Origin: Escherichia phage GADS24
Length of the DNA stretch: 64,000 nt
Direction: 5' to 3' (one strand)
Sequence record: OQ703618.1
The translations under genes were made by a program, and so were the position numbers. The stretch's first letter is position 1. Each line of letters begins with the position of its first letter. The notes beneath the pieces are model-generated. The model had not been told where the DNA came from, searched no databases, and worked only from the letters and a program-made list of their open reading frames with translations. Below are positions 27,851 through 36,532 of this stretch, in pieces.

Positions 27851-28040
27851 TTACAAAGATTGCTTTGTCACCATTTATATCTGTGACTTCATATGTAGTG
27901 CCTTCATACTGTGGAATATTCCAAATTACACCATCATTAGCTTTTACGCTAATATGGCATTGGTGTTTTGAAACAACTTCATAATCTTCAAAACTTGTAA
28001 AAACACTAATTTTAGAACCAGTGCAAATTGCAGTAGTCAT
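27843..28040 (-). CDS. Hypothetical protein (65 aa)
   Basis: Small ORF with overlapping start/stop. Confidence 0.45.
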   Translation of the reverse strand: MTTAICTGSKISVFTSFEDYEVVSKHQCHISVKANDGVIWNIPQYEGTTYEVTDINGDKAIFVID

Positions 28041-28041
28041 T

Positions 28042-28701
28042 TTAACCTCGATTCATAAATGCATTAAATATTTGGTCATCAACAGAAATTTCTAATTCGA
28101 CTTCAATTGTTTCAGCCTTTTCTTCAGGTGGTAATTCGTATCCACACACTACAATTTTTTCATCGATACCAAAATATACAGAAGCAATACGATTAATGTT
28201 ACTTTCAGTTAAGTCTAAATCAACATCAACATCTTTTTGACATACACTTAAAGGATAACTAATACGGGTTATTTTATTATCTTTAACAAAGAGTCCGCCA
28301 ACATACTCTGTACTACGTTTGAAGTTTACACGTTTCCGAATTGAAAGATATGATACATCTTTACCGTGAGCTCGGCTCATAGGACATAATGAATAGCTAG
28401 AATAAGAGATGTCAAATCCTACACCTTCAATATGAGCCAACGCGTCATGATTAAACCAATTATAATCATATGCCAAATCCATTATATTGTAATATGTGAA
28501 AGGCATCGGATTAACATCATACGTTGTACCTTTAAAATCTGCCCAGGCGACGATTTCGTTATCTTTAACAATTACAAAAATTACACCAATATGATATCCG
28601 TTATTATTTTCGTTAGGCGTTATATTATAACATTGTGCATTAGGAAATTTACCATATTTAAATGGCGCATTTTTGTGCATATAATAAATCATATTATTCA
28701 C
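28042..28701 (-). CDS. Hypothetical protein (219 aa)
   Basis: Minus-strand ORF with ATGA overlap to sp. Confidence 0.55.
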   Translation of the reverse strand: MNNMIYYMHKNAPFKYGKFPNAQCYNITPNENNNGYHIGVIFVIVKDNEIVAWADFKGTTYDVNPMPFTYYNIMDLAYDYNWFNHDALAHIEGVGFDISYSSYSLCPMSRAHGKDVSYLSIRKRVNFKRSTEYVGGLFVKDNKITRISYPLSVCQKDVDVDLDLTESNINRIASVYFGIDEKIVVCGYELPPEEKAETIEVELEISVDDQIFNAFMNRG

Positions 28702-28987
28702 CTGTGATTTCGGTTACGATATCTTTGTTATCGAAATTAGGGTCACAATACAAAACATAATTGTACTGCATGATACCGCCAGACTTAAGTTGTTCAACAA
28801 CTTTATTAACCATATTAGGACGGTCTCTTTTAGTGATGTTCATGATATCAGAGAAGATTTGTTGTTCAACATCTTCTTGATTTGCAGTCATTGACCACTC
28901 ACAGAGGTCTTTATCATAACCTGCCGTAACTGGAGCTGGTGCACATGATACTGCAAGTAAGATTGCTGCCAATGATAACTTTTTCAT
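28694..28987 (-). CDS. sp: Spackle-like periplasmic protein (superinfection exclusion / lysozyme inhibitor)
   Basis: 97 aa with N-terminal signal peptide MKKLSLAAILLAVSCAPAPVTA; same length and position as T4 Sp; own promoter. Confidence 0.65.
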   Translation of the reverse strand: MKKLSLAAILLAVSCAPAPVTAGYDKDLCEWSMTANQEDVEQQIFSDIMNITKRDRPNMVNKVVEQLKSGGIMQYNYVLYCDPNFDNKDIVTEITGE

Positions 28988-29002
28988 TTTAACTCCTTAG
29001 TT

Positions 29003-29046
29003 GATTTGATAGGACTACTATACTATAGTCCATCTATAATGTAAAC
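29003..29046 (-). promoter_or_regulatory. Early promoter/stem-loop cassette for sp
   Basis: Minus strand GTTTAC..GGACTATAG-TATAGT-AGTCCTATCAAATC. Confidence 0.5.
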
Positions 29047-29050
29047 AAGT

Positions 29051-29299
29051 TTATTCTTTTTCGCGAATAATAATTACTTGTTGAGGCTGCTGAGCAGATT
29101 TCTTTTCGGCAACGATAGACCAAATTAAAGTTCCAATCCAACCAACCATCGTCCAGTTAAAGAGTAAAGATACAAAGAAGATTGCTGTTGTGCTTTTTGT
29201 GCCACGAATAAGTGCGATTACCCAAGGCAACATGTAAATGATGATTGAACCAATACCTGCGATTAAAACCGCTACTGAACTAGCTACGAATAATTCCAT
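29051..29299 (-). CDS. Small integral membrane protein (82 aa, 2-3 TM helices)
   Basis: Hydrophobic segments VASSVAVLIAGIGSIIIYMLPWVIALI and AIFFVSLLFNWTMVGWIGTLIWSIV. Confidence 0.5.
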   Translation of the reverse strand: MELFVASSVAVLIAGIGSIIIYMLPWVIALIRGTKSTTAIFFVSLLFNWTMVGWIGTLIWSIVAEKKSAQQPQQVIIIREKE

Positions 29300-29360
29300 G
29301 TTAATTTCCTCTTGATTTGTTATGTTTATAATATCTTATTTTAACTTTGGTGTAAACCAA

Positions 29361-29729
29361 TTAGTTAAATTTGTTTAAACGTTCAATACACTGGACGTAG
29401 TTATTTGCGATTTGTTTCTGGGTAGGCTCTTTACCAGTTGTTTCAACATAGCGAATGAATGCGATTTCAGTAGCCTGTAGACAATGTTCTTTAACGCGTT
29501 GTTCTTTTGACATAGCTACAGTATCAGAATCACGATAACGTTGAGCATGTGCATCAGCTTGAATCATTCGATTACCTACAGTAACCGGGTCTTCCACTTC
29601 AACTTTAGGTTGGTCATACTGTTTAACATTTGGATTGTAAATCAGTTGGCCAACGTTATTAGGGATAAAGCCATGGGCACCACATCCGGTTAATCCAAAT
29701 ACCATTGCTAAAGCGATTAATTTTTTCAT
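29361..29729 (-). CDS. Putative lipoprotein (122 aa)
   Basis: Signal peptide with lipobox MKKLIALAMVFGLTGC; early promoter upstream. Confidence 0.55.
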   Translation of the reverse strand: MKKLIALAMVFGLTGCGAHGFIPNNVGQLIYNPNVKQYDQPKVEVEDPVTVGNRMIQADAHAQRYRDSDTVAMSKEQRVKEHCLQATEIAFIRYVETTGKEPTQKQIANNYVQCIERLNKFN

Positions 29730-29745
29730 TTCAATTTCCTCTGTG

Positions 29746-29787
29746 GTTGATAGAAAGATAGTAACACAGTATGCGATGCTTGTAAAC
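29746..29787 (-). promoter_or_regulatory. Early promoter for the lipoprotein gene
   Basis: Minus strand GTTTAC-17 nt-TGTTAC-TATCTTTCTATC. Confidence 0.4.
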
Positions 29788-29789
29788 AG

Positions 29790-30002
29790 CTATTTTAAAC
29801 TTTTGCGAAATTTGCGTTTTTCTTGACGAATCTGTCGTTTAGTCGGACGTACAGCAAATTTAACGAAGTCCACTTTGCCATGTGGAAACTTTTCAGATGC
29901 TTCACAGTCCATCATTAGTTCCCATCCTTCCAGAATAAGAGCTTTCCATTGTGTAGTTGATGCAAATTCGTATGTTGATGGTTTAAACACAGTTGAATAC
30001 AT
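29790..30002 (-). CDS. Small basic protein, member of the RPTK(R/K)Q C-terminal motif family
   Basis: Trimmed to MYSTVFKP with SD GAGGA; C-terminal FAVRPTKRQIRQEKRKFRK shared with ORFs at 57505 and 58109. Confidence 0.45.
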   Translation of the reverse strand: MYSTVFKPSTYEFASTTQWKALILEGWELMMDCEASEKFPHGKVDFVKFAVRPTKRQIRQEKRKFRKSLK

Positions 30003-30003
30003 A

Positions 30004-30195
30004 TTATCCTCTGAAATCAGCTTCAAAAACTTTCTCGTCATTAACAAATGCTTTAACTAATGCTTTGTTCACTTCAGCAAGTTGTACCGTAACCCACTCG
30101 ATTTCTTCGCGATCACCTGATAACATGATATCTTTAGTGAACATCTCACCACTTTTAAACCAACCAATAAAAGTAACTTTAGTTAATTTGCTCAT
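30004..30195 (-). CDS. dmd: Dmd (inhibitor of RnlA/LsoA toxin RNases)
   Basis: 63 aa from ATG; FIGWFKSGEMFTKDIM..AEVNKALVKAFVNDEKVFEADFRG matches recalled T4 Dmd. Confidence 0.8.
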   Translation of the reverse strand: MSKLTKVTFIGWFKSGEMFTKDIMLSGDREEIEWVTVQLAEVNKALVKAFVNDEKVFEADFRG

Positions 30196-30509
30196 ATTTC
30201 CTCGCAAAATGCCCATTCAGCGTGATAAACTGTAGCACCTTTAGTATTATTCATTTGAACTACGTCTACCGGAGAAATTACTCGATAGAGACGTGGTTCA
30301 CCTCCATAAGAGCGTGCTGCTCGTCCTGCATAAATCTTTGCTAAACCAATATCTTCAGTAAAGAATACACGATCCAGGTTTTTCTTACGTCCAGTTTCAG
30401 ACAGAACTCCTGTTTCCTCAGGAGGACAAAGCATGTTTTCGATGTTAGCTGAACTACTTGAACCGTGATAAAAAATCTTAAATTCTGCTTTACAATCGAT
30501 GGTTTTCAT
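30192..30509 (-). CDS. Hypothetical protein (105 aa)
   Basis: Minus-strand ORF with ATGA overlap to dmd; promoter cassette upstream. Confidence 0.5.
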   Translation of the reverse strand: MKTIDCKAEFKIFYHGSSSSANIENMLCPPEETGVLSETGRKKNLDRVFFTEDIGLAKIYAGRAARSYGGEPRLYRVISPVDVVQMNNTKGATVYHAEWAFCEEI

Positions 30510-30523
30510 TTTGTTCTCCAGTA

Positions 30524-30564
30524 GTTGATAAGTCTATAATAACACAACTACTGGAGAAGTAAAC
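30524..30564 (-). promoter_or_regulatory. Early promoter cassette
   Basis: Minus strand GTTTAC-17 nt-TATTAT-AGACTTATCAAC. Confidence 0.45.
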
Positions 30565-30939
30565 TTAAAAACGTAATTTAGATACATCTACGTTGATTTC
30601 GCTTTGGTTTGCGTCGTATGCAATTAAACGAACCGCTTTAGATGGGTCATTCAATGCATAGAAATGATGGAACATTGCTCGAACGATATCACCATTTACG
30701 AGTTCTACCTGGATAGGAGAACCTTTTTCGAGTTGGAAATGTTCATAAGCTTTGATGGTTCGCAGATAATCAAGTTTTTGATTTCCGGCTCCAACAATTT
30801 GTACGATACGTTTGCCCATGTTTTCCATACGAGATACAATAGTTTTAGGAGCAAGAATAACGTAGGTTGCCAGTGGAGAAACTACTTCAACAGTTGTGTT
30901 TTCGGTGATTGCAGTAAAAATTGCTTGAGACATATTCAT
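30565..30939 (-). CDS. Hypothetical protein (124 aa)
   Basis: Minus-strand ORF with SD AAGAGGAAAAC. Confidence 0.5.
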   Translation of the reverse strand: MNMSQAIFTAITENTTVEVVSPLATYVILAPKTIVSRMENMGKRIVQIVGAGNQKLDYLRTIKAYEHFQLEKGSPIQVELVNGDIVRAMFHHFYALNDPSKAVRLIAYDANQSEINVDVSKLRF

Positions 30940-30964
30940 AATGTTTTCCTCTTGGTTGGTGTAA

Positions 30965-30998
30965 GTACATCATATCATGCCTAGAGGAAGATGTAAAC
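30965..30998 (-). promoter_or_regulatory. Early promoter-like element
   Basis: Minus strand GTTTAC-17 nt-TATGAT upstream of SD AAGAGGAAAAC. Confidence 0.4.
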
Positions 30999-31001
30999 CC
31001 C

Positions 31002-31028
31002 GAAAGGAGACCGAAGTCTCCTTTTTAT
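31002..31028 (-). terminator. Hairpin terminator downstream of gene 41
   Basis: GGAGAC-UUCG-GUCUCC followed by TTTCGGGGTTT (and TTTTT on the opposite strand). Confidence 0.4.
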
Positions 31029-32470
31029 TAAAATTTTAACTCATTGGCTAAGCTATCTAGGTCAGCACGTGTTGTTTTGGCTTTACCTACGCGTTCCGTA
31101 CGATTCACCTCTGCCTGACGCATCTGAGCACCTGCGTTTTCATTTACTGTGTTAGGTGTGTTCATGCCTTCTTGCTCAATCTCAATCCATTTCTGGTTGC
31201 CTTTACGTACACCCATCAGGAATTTATTCCACTTATTCTTATCACCGTATCGTGATTTGATTTGTTTGATAAGTTGTTGTTCAGCTTGTGCAAGTTCTTC
31301 TGTTTCAATTACGGCCAACATGAAATCTGCCGTTGCTGGTAAACCTGCTGATTCTGCAATATCACTCATGTTCATATCCGAAGCATCCCATGCTGCACGT
31401 CCTACTTGAGCTGCAGTCCATAGAACTGTTTCAGATTCTACTGCTAATGCACGAAGTTCTTCTGCGATAGCTTTAACTAATGTGTAGCTATTTTCAGTGT
31501 AAACTCTGATACGACAAGACCCACAAATACCTAAGTAATCAACCATGATTACAGATGGCACAAAGTTCTTCTTGAGTTTCAATTCATTAAGCAATGCACG
31601 GAATGTATTAGCATTAGCTCCACCAGTAGGATACTGTTTAACTACTAAACGTCCTAATGTTGTTTTTGAACGCCATTTTTCCATCTTAGCTTTATATTCA
31701 GCATAAGATACGTTACCATCATCGATATCATCGAGTGATACGTCAAGCATGTTTGCATCTATACGCTTAGCGCAAACTTCTTCGGCCATTTCCATGGAAA
31801 TATAAAGAACATTATGACCTGTTTGAAGATAATCTGCAGCAAGTGAACAAAGGCCTAAAGATTTACCGACGTTAACACCAGCCATTAAAACGTTTAGTGT
31901 ACCTGTTTCTGCACCGCCTTTGGTGATTTTATTCAAAATGTTTAATTTGAACGGGACCTTACGTGCTTTATTTAGATAAGAAAGCCAGCGTGCTTCGTAG
32001 TCTTCCATCCAATCATGTCCAACATAACTATCGAACGAAATTGAAAGTGCTTGACGCATAATATCAGGAATAGCTCCTACGTCAGGCATTTTCTTGTTAC
32101 GTTGTTCTGGAGGTAGTTCAGCATTAGACTGAATCTCAATGATTTTGGACGTAGCATTATACATCGCTTTTTGCTGGACGTATTTCTCAGTTTCTTTAAC
32201 CAGCCATTCGTGGTCTTCAGGAGTATCAGCCAATTTTTCAATTAGGTCTGAAGTTCCTTTATATTCTGCTTCAGTTAAAGAACTGTTATCTAAAGCCACC
32301 TTTAACGCATTGATAGATGGCATTGCATTATATTCGTTAACGTGGCTCTTTATAATTTTAAAGACGTTTTTTGCCGGTCCACGCTCAAAGTAATCAGAAT
32401 CCATATAAGGCCAGACCTTAGAAAAATAAGCCTGGTCATATACTAGATGAGACAAAATAATTTCTACCAC
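31028..32470 (-). CDS. 41: Replicative DNA helicase gp41 (DnaB-like)
   Basis: 480 aa; Walker A GVNVGKS, DnaB-family motifs; T4 order 61..41-40-uvsX. Confidence 0.9.
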   Translation of the reverse strand: MVEIILSHLVYDQAYFSKVWPYMDSDYFERGPAKNVFKIIKSHVNEYNAMPSINALKVALDNSSLTEAEYKGTSDLIEKLADTPEDHEWLVKETEKYVQQKAMYNATSKIIEIQSNAELPPEQRNKKMPDVGAIPDIMRQALSISFDSYVGHDWMEDYEARWLSYLNKARKVPFKLNILNKITKGGAETGTLNVLMAGVNVGKSLGLCSLAADYLQTGHNVLYISMEMAEEVCAKRIDANMLDVSLDDIDDGNVSYAEYKAKMEKWRSKTTLGRLVVKQYPTGGANANTFRALLNELKLKKNFVPSVIMVDYLGICGSCRIRVYTENSYTLVKAIAEELRALAVESETVLWTAAQVGRAAWDASDMNMSDIAESAGLPATADFMLAVIETEELAQAEQQLIKQIKSRYGDKNKWNKFLMGVRKGNQKWIEIEQEGMNTPNTVNENAGAQMRQAEVNRTERVGKAKTTRADLDSLANELKF

Positions 32471-32479
32471 GATAACTCC

Positions 32480-32842
32480 TTAAAAGAATTTAAATTTTTT
32501 CTTGGTCCGTTCATTAAAAGCTTGTTGTACTTGCATTGTAACACATTTTTCAACATGTGGTGCAAGTTCTGCTTTTCTGTCCTGGTCAAGAACTGCAAAG
32601 TCCATTACGATTTTACCATCAACCCAGTCTAGTTTTGTAATATAGACTATATGATGAGAACCATCTTCAAGCGTAATCAGAATCTCTTGAATGACATTTT
32701 CCATTGCTGAACGGACGATTTTAAGAGATTCATTAAACACTCGTTCTTTGCGAATGTCTTCCCCTTCCGAAGAAGGGGATTCATCAACGATTTCTAGATT
32801 TAAATCATCGAGATTATTCATCGAAATCTTCCATTTCGTCAA
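32480..32842 (-). CDS. 40: gp40-like protein (head vertex assembly chaperone position)
   Basis: 120 aa; assignment by synteny between uvsX and 41. Confidence 0.5.
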   Translation of the reverse strand: MTKWKISMNNLDDLNLEIVDESPSSEGEDIRKERVFNESLKIVRSAMENVIQEILITLEDGSHHIVYITKLDWVDGKIVMDFAVLDQDRKAELAPHVEKCVTMQVQQAFNERTKKKFKFF

Positions 32843-33986
32843 GGTCGTTTTCTATATCTGCTGCAGAAGGAGCATCAGAAGTTTTAACCGGAACTTTAGT
32901 TGTTGCTTTGCAATTAATAAGGTCATTAACAGCGTCATCAACTTCTTTAATAGAAGAGATAGCACCTAGTTTATATTTAGTTTCAATTGCATCTCGGAAA
33001 GGTTTGTGTTTAAACAATGGTCCCCAGAATTCTACACAATCAGTAGCTTTAGCACGCCATGATTTTTCTTCACGAATCATTTCACCTGTTTCTTCGTCAA
33101 GGAATTCACGAGCATACCAACCAGCTTTAGGCTTAACCACAAAACCGATTTCAGTTGCCATTTCTAACAAGCCGCTGAATGGGTCAATACCGCCATCAAA
33201 ATTAACCGTGATTGGGAAAGTAGATTTCTCTTTAACTGTACGAGATTTTTCTGCTTTCAACGTGAAGTCATAACCGGTCAATTCTGTACCTTCTTTAACC
33301 TGACGTTTAGAGATAAAGAATACAGTGTTAGCAGAGTAAAGAATACCTGTACCACCACCCATAATCTCTTTAGGATATAGACCGCCGATTTCCATTGCTG
33401 TATGGTTGATTGCAACACACGGAATATCTTTAATAGTCAGATAAGGAGTCACAATGCGGAACAGAGATTTAAGTGCCTTAGCACGAGACATATCACCTAC
33501 AACTTTCTCGTTCAACGCATCTTCGGTTTCTTTCTTAGATGCAGTATTACCGATTGAATCGATAAAGATAATAACTTTATCGCCGCGTTCAATCGCGTCA
33601 AGCTGATTAGTCATATCAACTTTAAGTTGTTCTACAGATTGAATCGGAGTATGAACTACACGGTCCAAATCAACACCCATTGAACGGAAGTAAGATTCTG
33701 AAGCACCGAATTCTGAGTCATAAAACAAACAGATTGCATCTTTATATTTCTTCATATATGCTGCAACCATGGTCAGTCCAAACAACGTTTTAAAGTGTTT
33801 AGAAGGAGCAGCAAAAATAGTTAAGCCTGATTGCAACCCAGCATTCAGTGCACCACCTAATGCAATATTCAACATCGGAATACGAGTAGGGACTTCATCA
33901 CGATTATTAAACAGCTTAGACTTAGTCAAGTCTGCAGTCATTTTAGAAGTAGAAGCTTTAATCAGACGAGATTTTAAATCAGACAT
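32814..33986 (-). CDS. uvsX: UvsX recombinase (RecA-like)
   Basis: 390 aa; RecA core; N-terminus MSDLKSRLIKASTSKMTA resembles recalled T4 UvsX. Confidence 0.9.
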   Translation of the reverse strand: MSDLKSRLIKASTSKMTADLTKSKLFNNRDEVPTRIPMLNIALGGALNAGLQSGLTIFAAPSKHFKTLFGLTMVAAYMKKYKDAICLFYDSEFGASESYFRSMGVDLDRVVHTPIQSVEQLKVDMTNQLDAIERGDKVIIFIDSIGNTASKKETEDALNEKVVGDMSRAKALKSLFRIVTPYLTIKDIPCVAINHTAMEIGGLYPKEIMGGGTGILYSANTVFFISKRQVKEGTELTGYDFTLKAEKSRTVKEKSTFPITVNFDGGIDPFSGLLEMATEIGFVVKPKAGWYAREFLDEETGEMIREEKSWRAKATDCVEFWGPLFKHKPFRDAIETKYKLGAISSIKEVDDAVNDLINCKATTKVPVKTSDAPSAADIENDLDEMEDFDE

Positions 33987-34085
33987 TGTATTTTTCCATA
34001 GGCATCATTATATTTTACTCATGTTTAAAAGATAAGACGATTATATACTAAGGGTTATACAGCGTTTAAAACTTTAAACAGGCTC

Positions 34086-34634
34086 TTAACGAGCCCATTT
34101 GATAATTTCTGTAATCAAATTATTACGTTCGCTTGCATTAAATCCTATAACTTTGTTAGCACCATCATGATTAAGTAATTGATATGTTTGGATTTTGTTA
34201 TGAATTGCAAACTCTTCAAAATGTGAAATGACTGTATTAAAACCGAATGAAGACAAAGTAATAAGGTCGTCTTCAAAACTTTCAGTCATTTCGTTACGTG
34301 TTAAAATAATTGTGAACACATCATGGTTTTGGCAAAGACGAACATAATCCTGTTCATAAACATCAAGAACCGAGTCCGCATCTTGTCGAATACGTCCATA
34401 AACCCAGTTACTAATATATCCACGGTCTAACAGATAAATCTTAGTAGGGTCTAAATAATTCAACATCGTTTCGAAACAGCCAACTTCATTTCGAGACTTA
34501 ACATCAAAACGTCCATCAACTGTTCGTTTAGGGAAATCAATTTTTACATATCTTTCACTAATTTCCATTATGTCATTAATGAAAGTTGTTTTACCAGCAT
34601 TATCCGGGCCATCTACTAAAATAATTTTAGCCAT
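34086..34634 (-). CDS. P-loop nucleotide/nucleoside kinase-like protein
   Basis: 182 aa; Walker A VDGPDNAGKTT and LLDRGYIS (DR motif) as in dNMP/thymidylate-type kinases; first gene of the modification cluster. Confidence 0.6.
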   Translation of the reverse strand: MAKIILVDGPDNAGKTTFINDIMEISERYVKIDFPKRTVDGRFDVKSRNEVGCFETMLNYLDPTKIYLLDRGYISNWVYGRIRQDADSVLDVYEQDYVRLCQNHDVFTIILTRNEMTESFEDDLITLSSFGFNTVISHFEEFAIHNKIQTYQLLNHDGANKVIGFNASERNNLITEIIKWAR

Positions 34635-34635
34635 T

Positions 34636-35535
34636 TTATTCCTCGATTACGACATCTTCGTATTTAGGTATATTATACGGTGAAGAAATTAAAGCATTAA
34701 AGTAGATGAACTCGCCAAGACCTGGATGGAATACTTCTTCAGGATTTTCGAAATATTGAATCTTCGGCCGTCCTTTAAGAATTTGATAGTACTCAGTTTT
34801 AGTTGGTTTAAAAATTCGAATCAGCGCTTCTTCAGGATACTTATTTCTATCGAAGCTATTATTTGGATCGGTTACATAAAGCGGTTGACCTAATTGAATT
34901 GCACATTCAACCACTTGTTCAAAACGATAGCACGGGTCACTAATTCGAAATGGATGAAAAATACCATCTAGATGAATAGGAGCCAAATCACCTACAAAAC
35001 GCTGCATGATGGAAGGACGTATAACTTTCTGGGTTACGATAATCTTATTACCATCTGCACCAGCGTTAACCAGCACTTCCTTTTGACGTTCATTCAACAC
35101 AGTAGTTTGAAGTGAACGATTAACCGACAACATGTCGGTTTTTAAGAATTCGTCAATATAAAAACGTGGTTTATTAGGGTCTGCAGTGATATTGAAATTG
35201 AATTCTACATCAAAAGCTCCGTCATATCCAGTGATATCTGTTATTAGAAAATCACAATCATAATAAGCAATTAATGAATCAACCACAAATTCATTTTCAG
35301 ACCAGAAATATTTACGAGTGTTATACGCGTTATCTTTATACCATAACGGAACAAACTTAAATTCTGGGAAAAGACGTTCACATTCTTTAATATCAGATGC
35401 ATTACGTGGATATGTAATAACATCACCCGGATTAGCACGGTGCAAATGAAGTTGGAAGTTGCCATCCTTAAGGATAGCATACTCTCCAGTTTCATAAGAC
35501 CGCATACTCAAGATAGGTACGCGGAAAATAGCCAT
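34636..35535 (-). CDS. Hypothetical protein (299 aa) in the modification cluster; possible transferase
   Basis: Immediately downstream of gene 42 with ATGA overlap; Asp-rich YYDCDF segment; no family recognised. Confidence 0.55.
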   Translation of the reverse strand: MAIFRVPILSMRSYETGEYAILKDGNFQLHLHRANPGDVITYPRNASDIKECERLFPEFKFVPLWYKDNAYNTRKYFWSENEFVVDSLIAYYDCDFLITDITGYDGAFDVEFNFNITADPNKPRFYIDEFLKTDMLSVNRSLQTTVLNERQKEVLVNAGADGNKIIVTQKVIRPSIMQRFVGDLAPIHLDGIFHPFRISDPCYRFEQVVECAIQLGQPLYVTDPNNSFDRNKYPEEALIRIFKPTKTEYYQILKGRPKIQYFENPEEVFHPGLGEFIYFNALISSPYNIPKYEDVVIEE

Positions 35536-36251
35536 TAGTCAAGGAATCCTTTAACATAATCAAAATCACGTTCAAACACATGGGCACTTACCATGGTATG
35601 AGTATAATCACCAACTTCTACACCACATTCGTTAGCGATATAATGAAGTAATTTTCCTTGGAGATAAAAATCCAACTGCATAACAACAGCACAGTTCTGA
35701 GAACGCATATGGCAGTGGGTATAAAGCTTACCATCACGAATATAATAAGTCACTGAGTCAGTACATGGATATTCAAGCGTTTCGTCCGAATCAAGCAAAG
35801 CCTGATCAGAACTTTCTAGAATTTGGAACACAACTCTTCGAGAGTTAGGTTTCTCTTTAAGTTCTTTGAGAAGAGCTGGTAACTGGGCCGCAATTCGTGG
35901 ACCATAGAAAGTGTTGAAGTTTGCAGGCAAAGCATCTGATTTCGGTTTAGAAATAAATTTAGCAACGTTAGGATATGCCTTAAATGCTTCTTCTGCATCA
36001 GTTCCGCCAGAAATCATAAATTTCCAGAAATCTTCGGCATATTCATAAGAGATGCGGTTAATACGTGGGTCGGTCATTTTGAATGATGATGGAGTGTCAA
36101 CAACTACTGTCATAGACCCAATTTCATTACAACGTCCAATACGAGAATCAGTTACGAATTCCGGGTTTTCTAAAATCTCACGATTGACTGCTTTAAATGC
36201 GGATTGAAAATCTGCGGCTTTAATATATTTCATTGTGTTATGTTTTCCCAT
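35535..36251 (-). CDS. 42: dCMP hydroxymethylase (thymidylate synthase family), gene 42
   Basis: 238 aa; TS-family core with nucleophile Cys in YPCTDS, RS dyad 20-21 residues later and Asp at the position of TS Asn177 (cytosine specificity). Confidence 0.75.
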   Translation of the reverse strand: MGKHNTMKYIKAADFQSAFKAVNREILENPEFVTDSRIGRCNEIGSMTVVVDTPSSFKMTDPRINRISYEYAEDFWKFMISGGTDAEEAFKAYPNVAKFISKPKSDALPANFNTFYGPRIAAQLPALLKELKEKPNSRRVVFQILESSDQALLDSDETLEYPCTDSVTYYIRDGKLYTHCHMRSQNCAVVMQLDFYLQGKLLHYIANECGVEVGDYTHTMVSAHVFERDFDYVKGFLD

Positions 36252-36292
36252 GTTTACCTCAATACAGTTATTATATACTCAATTCATAAAGC

Positions 36293-36532
36293 TTATTTGA
36301 ATTTCTTAGCGATGTTGATATAACGTAGAGCTTCGGCATCGATACTTCTAAGGACACTATGAAGGAATGCGTCGGCATAGTATTCTAGTTGAACAGGTTC
36401 TTTAATCGCTTTAGCCGCTTTAGTTTCAAACAGGCCCATAAGGGCCTTTTTAAGAATTTGTTCGTTGCTGGTAATTTTAATAGTCAAAATCTCTTCATTA
36501 AGTTGGTGGTTAAAAGTTTTTCTAGAAATCAT
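36293..36532 (-). CDS. Hypothetical protein (79 aa)
   Basis: Small ORF between the U32-like gene and gene 42. Confidence 0.45.
   Translation of the reverse strand: MISRKTFNHQLNEEILTIKITSNEQILKKALMGLFETKAAKAIKEPVQLEYYADAFLHSVLRSIDAEALRYINIAKKFK

Noticed and set aside
33987-34085. MotA-dependent middle promoter upstream of uvsX
   Set aside because: TATAAT-like hexamers are present but no TGCTT MotA box at about -30 could be identified with confidence
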